Shown here piece after piece: positions 1 through 8,025 of a DNA stretch of 20,000 nucleotides. A model generated the notes under the pieces. That model was not told where the DNA came from, made no database searches, and was given only the letters and a program-made list of their open reading frames with translations. Within the stretch, counting starts at the first letter, position 1. Each line of letters starts with the position of its first letter. Made by a program: the position numbers and the translations under genes. The DNA is from an uncultured virus (IMG/VR IMGVR_UViG_3300031784_002315). Its lineage: Duplodnaviria > Heunggongvirae > Uroviricota > Caudoviricetes. The stretch is from positions 56,349 through 76,348 of IMG/VR virus record IMGVR_UViG_3300031784_002315; one strand, written 5' to 3'.

Positions 1-859
1 TACGAGAATTATAACCTACTCTAGGCTGATCAGAAAAGAAACATGCCGACACCCACTTTGTTCCTTCTGTGATAATTTTACTTTCGTGTATTGTGCTCCA
101 ATTGGTTTCTTCATCGTAACACTGTTTAAAATATAAGAACGAGCCTGCTTTTGGTGTTACCGATACACCCAATTTAGGAAAGTTTGTTTCTCCGCCAACA
201 AAGTTATCGTTGAGATAAAATACTCCGGATCCTACTCTATCGCCGCCGTGCTTGTAATAATTAATCTGTCTTGGATCATACGGATAATCGTGATGAAGAT
301 CCAAAAACTGTCCAGTTTCATAATTGTAAATATCACAGGCTTCAATATGGCTAAAAGGTATTTCAGCATATTTTACAATTGTACTTGCAACTATATCATA
401 ATGTCGAGGATCCATGCCTAAACTAATTCCACGTTGCTCAACTAATTCAGTTACTTGTGCAAAACTTTCACGACGTGATTCTGCTCCACTGTTTGGATTC
501 ATTTTATCTCGTTCATGTTTTGCAATAATCGCATTGCAAATTTCAACTGGCAACGCATTTTCAAAAACCACAATACTAGGAATATCAAGATATGTTACTA
601 CATTTACATCGGTACCTAAATCTTCAAGGAACTCTTTTGGGTTTCTGTCTGTTTTTCCAATAACTTTAACATCTTTAGCAATTGCACCATACTCGGCGTC
701 TTGCTCTCTATTGAACTCAACAGTTTGCATTTCAAATAACACCTGCGGTTCGTGCTGTATGCTATCTTGTTCAACAATAACTAAAGCGTTGTCATTGTCT
801 GCTACAATAAACCCATAACGCTTTGCATCGTTATACCATTTAATTACACCTGTTTCCAT
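1..859 (-). CDS. Cold-shock domain fused to prolyl-4-hydroxylase-like 2OG-Fe(II) oxygenase (3' end runs off the window)
   Basis: Not in the ORF track; translated by hand from ATG at 859, open for 286 codons to the window edge. N-terminus METGVIKWYNDAKRYGFIV...VEF...AIAKDVKVI resembles CspA (KWFN..KGFGFI). C-terminus has IYNYETGQFLDLHHDY (HxD), FYLNDNFVGGETNFP, TIHES (distal His) and GTKW (2OG-binding Lys), typical of P4H-type oxygenases. Confidence 0.88.
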   Translation of the reverse strand, partial: METGVIKWYNDAKRYGFIVADNDNALVIVEQDSIQHEPQVLFEMQTVEFNREQDAEYGAIAKDVKVIGKTDRNPKEFLEDLGTDVNVVTYLDIPSIVVFENALPVEICNAIIAKHERDKMNPNSGAESRRESFAQVTELVEQRGISLGMDPRHYDIVASTIVKYAEIPFSHIEACDIYNYETGQFLDLHHDYPYDPRQINYYKHGGDRVGSGVFYLNDNFVGGETNFPKLGVSVTPKAGSFLYFKQCYDEETNWSTIHESKIITEGTKWVSACFFSDQPRVGYNSR

Positions 860-863
860 CGGT

Positions 864-1400
864 TCACCACAAATTTAAAAGATACTTAGGAGTTATTCCG
901 CAGTTGGTTCCGGCATGCCAATATCTCCTGCTATCCCAACGATAGGTTGATCCTTGTTCTTCATTATAAAAACACTTTTTGTCGGCGATAAACACATGCC
1001 CCCACTCCGGCTTACCAATATGACAGTGATATCTACAGGTATCGCCTAATGTTGCTTCGTCGTCATGTACATCCCAGTGTATCGGAGCAAACCTTCCAAT
1101 GTTAATTCTGCTAATCCACGCAGTTTTGTAATTTGGAATTTCAAAAAATTCAACAAACTTATCAATTACACTTTGATCAAATTGCTGCCCAGGTAAAAAC
1201 ATATCCCACCCAACAGTACCACCTTCTGCTACAGTTTTATACTCTGCTGCATCCCACATATCTAATATTACATCAAGGTCAGGCAGATTGTCACCACGTT
1301 TATGGCTAGGTCCTACGTATGCAGGAGTTGTATTTGCACAATCTTCAATCACCACATCCCAATTGATATGTTTACAATTTCCTATGTAATTTACAGTCAT
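864..1400 (-). CDS. Asp/Asn beta-hydroxylase-like cupin (2OG-Fe(II) oxygenase family)
   Basis: 178 aa; APIHWDVHD (HxD) and distal WHAGTNCG; 4-nt overlap (1397-1400) with the upstream paralog; AGGAAG upstream of ATG. Confidence 0.7.
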   Translation of the reverse strand: MTVNYIGNCKHINWDVVIEDCANTTPAYVGPSHKRGDNLPDLDVILDMWDAAEYKTVAEGGTVGWDMFLPGQQFDQSVIDKFVEFFEIPNYKTAWISRINIGRFAPIHWDVHDDEATLGDTCRYHCHIGKPEWGHVFIADKKCFYNEEQGSTYRWDSRRYWHAGTNCGITPKYLLNLW

Positions 1401-1966
1401 CTCGGTCTTCCTACAAAATGAAATAGATATTGTGGATGTATTCCGCAGTTAGTTCCGGCATGCCAACTTCTATAATGGTCCCATTTATAAATTTTATGTT
1501 GCGGAATATCGTGAAACGCAGTATCTTCCAAAATTAGAACACTTCCCCAACGTGGTTTGTCTATAAAACAGACCCAACGTTCAATAGCACCTTGCTCTAG
1601 CCATTCTTGCTCGTGATCTTCTACATCCCAATGATACGGAACATTGCGACCTGGCAGTACCTCACTTACAAAAACACGAAGCGGATCTGCATTTACTAAA
1701 TCAGCAAAGTTATCTTGAACGCTGATATCAAAATGATGTCCTGGATAATAATCACTCCAAACAATTTCATCTAAATTGTATCCAGCGTTAATCCACACCC
1801 CTAATACTTCGTGATAGTTGTCTAGTAAAAATCCTTCTGCTTCGGACTCGCTTCTAGCAATAACAGCACTTGGTGTATTTCTGTCACCGTCGTTGCTGTT
1901 TATACAAAGTTCAACAACACTGTCCCAATCGATAATGCCTTCTGTTGTTCCAAAATAACTAGCCAT
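1397..1966 (-). CDS. Asp/Asn beta-hydroxylase-like cupin, tandem paralog of 864..1400
   Basis: 189 aa; VPYHWDVED and WHAGTNCG; shares I.WD.V.E.C, W.PG..FD.SV.D.F-like and KP.WG motifs with its neighbour. Confidence 0.7.
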   Translation of the reverse strand: MASYFGTTEGIIDWDSVVELCINSNDGDRNTPSAVIARSESEAEGFLLDNYHEVLGVWINAGYNLDEIVWSDYYPGHHFDISVQDNFADLVNADPLRVFVSEVLPGRNVPYHWDVEDHEQEWLEQGAIERWVCFIDKPRWGSVLILEDTAFHDIPQHKIYKWDHYRSWHAGTNCGIHPQYLFHFVGRPR

Positions 1967-2645
1967 TAAAAATTTCCTTGTATATGTAACTCATGTTGCT
2001 TTTACCCCAAAGTACATGAGTTTCTAAACTGCGTTTAAACATTATAGATAAATCTATAAGATTATCTTTTGTTTCCCCGGTTTCCTCTAGTCTAAAACGT
2101 GCAGAGTCATGAATAATTGCTTGCATGTATCGTTCTTCTATGTATGGACGATCAATCGGAACAACTCCATACCAGTCTATTGCTCTCATATTATCGTGAT
2201 TGTCAATATAGTGACAGTGAGGGTACATTGTTAATTTATAATAACCTGTGTTGTATTGATCCGTAACAATATCTTTTATCATATCATACCATTGTAAATC
2301 TAAACGCATATCACCGTATATAGAATGATTACAATTATTATTATACCATTTTATAAAAATGCGTTTATGTTTTTCATCAATGTCTACAACCTCTGGTGCG
2401 TATGGTTTACTGCTAAAAAGATTTATATATTTTACTTCTTGTTCAAAAAAATAATCACACACTTCTTTTGTATATAATGGTCTTTCTGAATTCATACGTT
2501 GATATCGATTACGCCAATCGTAGTTTGCACAAAATGTTTTACCGTCTGGACTTATTAATGGTTCGTATGTTTGTTGAGCCATTCCTAGTTGTCCGTCGTG
2601 ATATTTTAAAAACGGTCTCCAATTAATAATCGAAGTCATATTCAA
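1959..2645 (-). CDS. Protein-kinase-like fold protein with degenerate catalytic loop (putative)
   Basis: 228 aa; FFEQEVKYINLF (alphaC-like Glu), APEVVD..RIFIKW (hinge-like), YYKLTMYPHCHYID in place of HxDhxPxN, and RAIDWYG (DFG-like). Start could be 2639. Confidence 0.45.
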   Translation of the reverse strand: MNMTSIINWRPFLKYHDGQLGMAQQTYEPLISPDGKTFCANYDWRNRYQRMNSERPLYTKEVCDYFFEQEVKYINLFSSKPYAPEVVDIDEKHKRIFIKWYNNNCNHSIYGDMRLDLQWYDMIKDIVTDQYNTGYYKLTMYPHCHYIDNHDNMRAIDWYGVVPIDRPYIEERYMQAIIHDSARFRLEETGETKDNLIDLSIMFKRSLETHVLWGKSNMSYIYKEIFNG

Positions 2646-3285
2646 ACTCTTCAGGAATTATTTTTTCTAACTCGCTGCTAAATTCTTCTTCGACTTTTAA
2701 ATAGACTTTTGATAGACTATGTTCAAAGTCGGTTATAATACCTCTTTTATTTGCACGGTTAAGCCAAGGACTAATTGTATTGTCAAAAACAAATCTTGCA
2801 TTTTTTCCTGTTGCTCTAATAAAAACATTTATAGGTATTTTTAATTTATTTTTTGTTAATAACTTTCTTACAACCAACTGCTTACGATCATGTTGTCCAA
2901 AGTTTACTGCCGAATGTAAAGATCCAGCGTCCATGTCATACCAAATTCCGTCTGGTTTTAAAAAATATGACTGTTGTGTTTCGATGTTAATTAATGCTGC
3001 ACAATCGCCTGTTAAGTTTAAATGATACCTGTCATCAATATCACTATGCGAAAAGTAGCAACGTCCACTTTCAAGTGTAATAATACGTGCTTCTCCAATG
3101 TCGTCGGGTAACAAGTTTAGTGCCGCTTCAAACGGTGTTCCAATAAATTCAGGTTTAATACGCCAAGGATCGTAAAAAAAATCTCCAGTTGGCTCATTGA
3201 TGACCACTTTCATTTCATCGCCGTCGAAACTTGCCATCTTTTCTATTAATTCTTGTCTTACAATTAAATTTGTTGGTTGTATCAT
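2623..3285 (-). CDS. Asp/Asn beta-hydroxylase-like 2OG-Fe(II) oxygenase with C-terminal extension
   Basis: 220 aa; ARIITLESGRCYFSHSDIDDRYHL (HxD), LHSAVNFG (distal His) and DRKQL (2OG-binding Arg). Confidence 0.72.
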   Translation of the reverse strand: MIQPTNLIVRQELIEKMASFDGDEMKVVINEPTGDFFYDPWRIKPEFIGTPFEAALNLLPDDIGEARIITLESGRCYFSHSDIDDRYHLNLTGDCAALINIETQQSYFLKPDGIWYDMDAGSLHSAVNFGQHDRKQLVVRKLLTKNKLKIPINVFIRATGKNARFVFDNTISPWLNRANKRGIITDFEHSLSKVYLKVEEEFSSELEKIIPEEFEYDFDY

Positions 3286-3330
3286 AAAGATATTTAGTGT
3301 ATACTATTTTAGCGCAAGGTTAAATAGAGT
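3286..3330. promoter_or_regulatory. Divergent intergenic region with two TAAATA (T4 late-promoter-like) boxes
   Basis: Minus strand: TAAATA at 3296-3291, 5 nt before ATG 3285. Plus strand: TAAATA at 3321-3326, 4 nt before ATG 3331. Confidence 0.6.
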
Positions 3331-4026
3331 ATGATCGTAGATGGTGTGGAAATACCTTTAAATAAAGATTGGCAAAGGATTGGTATTAGTTTAAGCGGTG
3401 GTGCAGATAGCGCACTACTTGCTTATTTCATAATGGAAAATACATCTGCTGATATTTACTTTACTACACAAATACGAATGTGGAAAACTAGACCGTGGCA
3501 AGAATATATTGCACGAGACGTAGTACACTGGTTTCAACGCCGCTATACCAATCGTATTGAACATTTAACAAACTTTGTACCACCAGAATTAGAAGAACCT
3601 GTTAGTCCATTAATTCCAGACGAATATGGAAAATTAAAATCAGGTAACAGAATAATACTTAGAGCATATAACGAATACATAGCACACAAATACAAACTAG
3701 ATGCATGGTATGCTGGTGTTAATTTAAATCCTAGCGAAATATTCAACGGTGCTCTTCCAGAGAGAAATATTCCAGTCATACCTCCCGTTTTAATACATAT
3801 GGGTATTCCTGTACACCATCCATTTATAAATGTTCAAAAAGACTGGATAGTTCGAAGATATGCAGAAAACGGAATAGTAGATTTATTTGATATAACTAGA
3901 AGTTGCGAAGGCGAGTTTGAAGATTTAAATTATACTAATTATAAACCCTATCAATCTGTTCCTATTTGCGGTAATTGTTTTTGGTGTTTAGAAAGAGCCT
4001 GGGGATTAAAACATGCACTCAAGTAA
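3331..4026 (+). CDS. QueC-like PP-loop (adenine nucleotide alpha hydrolase) ATPase with C-terminal Zn-binding Cys cluster
   Basis: 231 aa; IGISLSGGADSALL PP-loop; TRSC...CGNCFWCLER matches the QueC C-terminal Cys pattern; central QueC motifs not recognisable. Confidence 0.72.
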   Translation: MIVDGVEIPLNKDWQRIGISLSGGADSALLAYFIMENTSADIYFTTQIRMWKTRPWQEYIARDVVHWFQRRYTNRIEHLTNFVPPELEEPVSPLIPDEYGKLKSGNRIILRAYNEYIAHKYKLDAWYAGVNLNPSEIFNGALPERNIPVIPPVLIHMGIPVHHPFINVQKDWIVRRYAENGIVDLFDITRSCEGEFEDLNYTNYKPYQSVPICGNCFWCLERAWGLKHALK

Positions 4027-5278
4027 AACATTTTGTATGCATCCGTTTACAGGATTAGCCACCAGAGAAGACGGTGCTGTTAAAGTTTGCTGTCGCAGTC
4101 AACCAGTTGGATGGATTCAAAACGAAAGTTTAGAAGAAATATGGAACAACGATCAAATGCGAGAAGTAAGACGCCAGGTGCTAAACAATGAACGTCCTAC
4201 TGTTTGCGTACCTTGTTTTGATTTAGAAGATCAGGGTGTAGAAAGTCTAAGACAGCGACACATTAAAAATACGTTTCCAGACAGTAGAGTTAATCTTTAT
4301 CCAACTGCACTTGATAGTTTGCATGACGATTATTCAATGCCTTTTGAACTTCCTACTATCGAAATTAAAATTAACAATCTTTGTAATTTAAAATGCAGAA
4401 TGTGCAATCCTCTCGACAGCACACAGTGGAAGGATTGGAGCAGTGTCGTTGAGTTTTATCGAGAAGAAAACAACTACCTAGTCGATGCTGTTGCTAAACT
4501 AGGATTAGATAAGCGTCCGCATATTGATTTGTTTGTTGAGCGTGAAGATTTTTGGGCTAACTTAGAAAAACTGTTACCTTATTTTAGACGAGTAGAATTT
4601 GCAGGTGGCGAACCACTAATGGACCCAAGCCATTATCGTATACTTGATATGCTTGCTCCGTATGGTGAAAACATTGAATTAAAATATGCAACCAACGGTA
4701 CTGTACTAGGAATCAAAGGCGGAAGAACTATTCACGATTATTGGCCTCGGTTTAAAAGTGTAAAAGTAAACGTTTCTATTGACGGTATACATGATGTATA
4801 TGATTATATCAGAAGCAACGGCGATTTTAAAACAGTAGAAGAAAATATTAAGATTATTAAAAGTATGCCCAACGTTCCGTATGTTGTTGGAGCATTTACA
4901 GTTCAGGCAGGCAATGTAATGCAACTAGACAGTGCAATACCTTATTTTTTAAATGAAATGGGTATTGTGTTTTATAGTCATCGTGTAAATTATCCCAATG
5001 TGTTGTCTGCACAATGCATACCTGTTGAACTAAAAACTGTTGTTATAAATAAATTAGAAATATTAAAAGATGAAATTGCTGCATATCCAATAATGAATAT
5101 GCATCCTACTATACTTTCAATTACTAAACAACAAATCAACGATAACATAAATTTCTTAAAAGGCAAAGACCTAAGTCATTTGTGGCCAAAAACTGTTGAC
5201 TTTAATAGACGTTTAGATTCAAATAGGAATCAAGGACCATTTGAAAAGGTAATTCCAGAATATGCACCATATGTTTGA
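4013..5278 (+). CDS. Radical SAM protein with N-terminal SPASM/twitch-like domain (type A)
   Basis: 421 aa; CNLKCRMC, FAGGEPL, YATNGT, VSIDG, YIR; N-terminal FCMHPF...DGAVKVCC...EEIWN...CVPC. Confidence 0.92.
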   Translation: MHSSKTFCMHPFTGLATREDGAVKVCCRSQPVGWIQNESLEEIWNNDQMREVRRQVLNNERPTVCVPCFDLEDQGVESLRQRHIKNTFPDSRVNLYPTALDSLHDDYSMPFELPTIEIKINNLCNLKCRMCNPLDSTQWKDWSSVVEFYREENNYLVDAVAKLGLDKRPHIDLFVEREDFWANLEKLLPYFRRVEFAGGEPLMDPSHYRILDMLAPYGENIELKYATNGTVLGIKGGRTIHDYWPRFKSVKVNVSIDGIHDVYDYIRSNGDFKTVEENIKIIKSMPNVPYVVGAFTVQAGNVMQLDSAIPYFLNEMGIVFYSHRVNYPNVLSAQCIPVELKTVVINKLEILKDEIAAYPIMNMHPTILSITKQQINDNINFLKGKDLSHLWPKTVDFNRRLDSNRNQGPFEKVIPEYAPYV

Positions 5279-6101
5279 ATTGGTTTTAGGAAATGATCAA
5301 AGTAAAAAAAGTTTGTTTTTTAAAATATTTGAAACAGATATAGCACAACTATGGGCAAATGAAATAAAAAAAGAATATTTGTTATACGAAAATGATCGCT
5401 TTACACAATGGCCTGGATCTAACAAAGACGAAAACTACTATCAATCTAGTTTAAAACATCACATAGATATAATCAACAGTTATGATAAAATTATCGATCT
5501 AGAAAAATATAATCAACAAACGTTTTTAAATATTTTACACAAACATTTTGAAGATCTTAGAGGTCATGTTGTTTACGGTACTGATTGGTATGCAACTGCT
5601 CCGGTTAATGTACAACAGAGTGTTGATAAATTAAATGTATTAATTCACGAATACGAAAATTATTTAAATGAAAAAGACAGCACACATCTAAATCCTACTA
5701 TTGTATGTACGTTCAAAGATAGACCCACGTATAATTTAAAAAACGAACATTATAAGTACTTTACTCATAAATGGGAATTTGGAACTGTTTATATAAACTA
5801 TTGCGAAGTAGGAAAACCGTTGTTAGATGTTTTTAAAGACAACGACGAAAATGTTGGCAAAGATGCTATAAGACCACAGAGTACATATAGTGCTGATTTT
5901 ATGGTAAAGTTTGGAATTGATGTACCCGATCAGTTTGTTATAGATAAAGAGAACAAATTTTGGATTTGGGCTAACTCTAAAAATATAAATGTTGATCCAT
6001 CTAAAGCAGCACTTGGAATGATTCCAGTTGCTAAGATTGTAGAAAAAATAGACATTAACAAATTAAAAGATTTTAATAAGGTAATAAAATGCACAGTGTA
6101 G
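5262..6101 (+). CDS. Hypothetical protein
   Basis: 279-aa ORF overlapping both neighbours in operon fashion; no motif recognised; start may be 5271. Confidence 0.75.
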   Translation: MHHMFELVLGNDQSKKSLFFKIFETDIAQLWANEIKKEYLLYENDRFTQWPGSNKDENYYQSSLKHHIDIINSYDKIIDLEKYNQQTFLNILHKHFEDLRGHVVYGTDWYATAPVNVQQSVDKLNVLIHEYENYLNEKDSTHLNPTIVCTFKDRPTYNLKNEHYKYFTHKWEFGTVYINYCEVGKPLLDVFKDNDENVGKDAIRPQSTYSADFMVKFGIDVPDQFVIDKENKFWIWANSKNINVDPSKAALGMIPVAKIVEKIDINKLKDFNKVIKCTV

Positions 6102-6985
6102 AAAATCTATACCCACATTATAAAGATAGCATTAAAATAGAATGGAACCTAGGCAAACGTTGCAACTACGATTGTAGTTATTGTCCCAGCGAAATACATG
6201 ACAACAGTTCAACACACACAGACTTGCGTGTATTAGAACGTGCAATTGACGAAATTGCAAAACTGAAAAATCCACGTATTAGTTTTACAGGCGGCGAACC
6301 TACTGTGCATCCACAATTTAAAAAAATTCTTTCTTATGCACAAAGACGTGTAAAATGGATTAGTGTTACAACAAATGGAACACGAACTGTAGATTTTTAT
6401 AGAGATATATGTAGTGAATACATTGACTATCTTGTGTTTAGTTTACACTTTGAATACAACTGGGAGAGAGTACTAGGAACAATACTAAGCACTGCTGTTC
6501 CGTTTTATAAAAACAAAGTTCTTGTGCATATTATGATGCTTCCGGGAAAACTCAACGAAGCAAAACATGCAATCGAATATCTATCAAAGCACGAAATAAA
6601 ATTTGCACTGCGTCCTATACGTTGGACAGAAACCCACGATGTGTTTGACGACACCGGTCGTTATAGTTTAGATGAACGTGAATTTTTAAAAACAGTAAAT
6701 CACAATCCGCCTGCAAACACATTAATAGACAAAACAATTGAGTGCAATGTTAACGATCTGTTAGTAAACAAAAACAATCAGTTTAAAGATTGGATTTGTC
6801 GTGCAGGTTTAGAAAGTTTAATGATTAACTGGGACGGCGAAATACATCGTGCAACTTGTAGAGTAGGTGGAAGTTTAGGTAACATTTATAAACAAGAGTT
6901 TGCTGTTCCAACAGAAGAAATAACGTGTACTAGAGAATGGTGTACTTGCGCCGCAGATATAAACATTACAAAATGGAAAAAGTAA
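6089..6985 (+). CDS. Radical SAM protein with C-terminal twitch-like Cys motif (type B)
   Basis: 298 aa; CNYDCSYC, FTGGEPT, TTNGTR; C-terminal WICRAG...RATC...LGNI...CTREWCTC; AAGGT upstream of ATG. Confidence 0.92.
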   Translation: MHSVENLYPHYKDSIKIEWNLGKRCNYDCSYCPSEIHDNSSTHTDLRVLERAIDEIAKLKNPRISFTGGEPTVHPQFKKILSYAQRRVKWISVTTNGTRTVDFYRDICSEYIDYLVFSLHFEYNWERVLGTILSTAVPFYKNKVLVHIMMLPGKLNEAKHAIEYLSKHEIKFALRPIRWTETHDVFDDTGRYSLDEREFLKTVNHNPPANTLIDKTIECNVNDLLVNKNNQFKDWICRAGLESLMINWDGEIHRATCRVGGSLGNIYKQEFAVPTEEITCTREWCTCAADINITKWKK

Positions 6986-8025
6986 ACGCTATAAATTTAA
7001 CAAAGCCCGAACCGTTTTTAGTCACATGGGATATCGGAAGACGTTGCAATTTTGATTGTAGTTATTGCGAAAGCACTAGACACAATACGTATAGCCCGCC
7101 TACAGACTATAATCAACTTATAAAGACATTTGAATTTATAAAAGAATATGTCTCGGTTTACGACTTTAAAGAAGTTAATATAAATTTTACTGGAGGAGAA
7201 CCTACAGTAAATCCACGTTTCTGGGACTTGATTTCTTACATTAAAACAAACAGTAACTTCGGTGTAGGCATTACTACAAACGGAACATGGCATCCAAAGC
7301 ATACAGATTTTATATTAAAAAATTGCAACGGAGTAACTGTAAGTTGGCACACCGAAGCAGATGAAAAATTACGTGAACGTGCAATACAAAATGCCATTGC
7401 ATTACACAATGCAGGGTTATGGGTGTCTGTCAATGTAATGCTGCACACAGACTACTGGGATATTGCTGTAGATGCATACAATCGTTTAAAAAGTGCAGGA
7501 GTAAATGCTGTACCAACTCCACTCGGTGACGGTGTTAAAGAACGTACCGATTGGTTTGAAGATAGCGAAGGTGTATTACGCAGAACTGGGCACCAATATA
7601 CACCGGAACAATATGCATGGTATTGGAATACTCAAGGAATTGCCAAAGAAACCAGCGATGCTGTTTTAGCAGGATCTAGTTTAGGAAGAGGTTGCTGTGG
7701 AGGCAGATGTCTAGTAGGTAAAACAGATACATGGAAATCAGTTTCGATAGTAGATAATCATTTTAAAGATTGGTTTTGTAAAGTAAACTATTACTTCCTT
7801 CATATCGAAGAACATACTGGTAATGTGTATCATCATCAGACCTGTCAAGCAAAATTTACAGGAAGAGGACCTATCGGTACTTTAGATAATACTGATGCTA
7901 TATTATCAATGGTTAAAAATTATTTAAAAAATCCTCAACCAATTGTTTGCCCAAACGAGCGTTGTGGCTGTGGTGTTTGTGTTCCTAAAGCAAAAGAATA
8001 TTCGGACTATTTGTTGTTAACTTGA
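6973..8025 (+). CDS. Radical SAM protein with GRxCCGG insert and Cys-rich C-terminus (type C)
   Basis: CNFDCSYC, FTGGEPT, TTNGT; GRGCCGGRC, WFC, QTC, CPNERCGCGVCVPKA. Start moved from 6937 to ATG 6973 (MEKVN) because this gives a shorter overlap and matches the paralog's N-terminal length. Confidence 0.9.
   Translation: MEKVNAINLTKPEPFLVTWDIGRRCNFDCSYCESTRHNTYSPPTDYNQLIKTFEFIKEYVSVYDFKEVNINFTGGEPTVNPRFWDLISYIKTNSNFGVGITTNGTWHPKHTDFILKNCNGVTVSWHTEADEKLRERAIQNAIALHNAGLWVSVNVMLHTDYWDIAVDAYNRLKSAGVNAVPTPLGDGVKERTDWFEDSEGVLRRTGHQYTPEQYAWYWNTQGIAKETSDAVLAGSSLGRGCCGGRCLVGKTDTWKSVSIVDNHFKDWFCKVNYYFLHIEEHTGNVYHHQTCQAKFTGRGPIGTLDNTDAILSMVKNYLKNPQPIVCPNERCGCGVCVPKAKEYSDYLLLT

Noticed and set aside
414..818. 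134-aa plus-strand ORF in the track
   Set aside because: Antisense shadow of the CSD-P4H gene on the minus strand, which carries clear family motifs.
3331..8025. Canonical queC/queE 7-deazaguanine DNA-modification locus
   Set aside because: The radical SAMs carry auxiliary Cys domains unlike QueE; no queD, folE or dpdA is in the window; gene symbols withheld.
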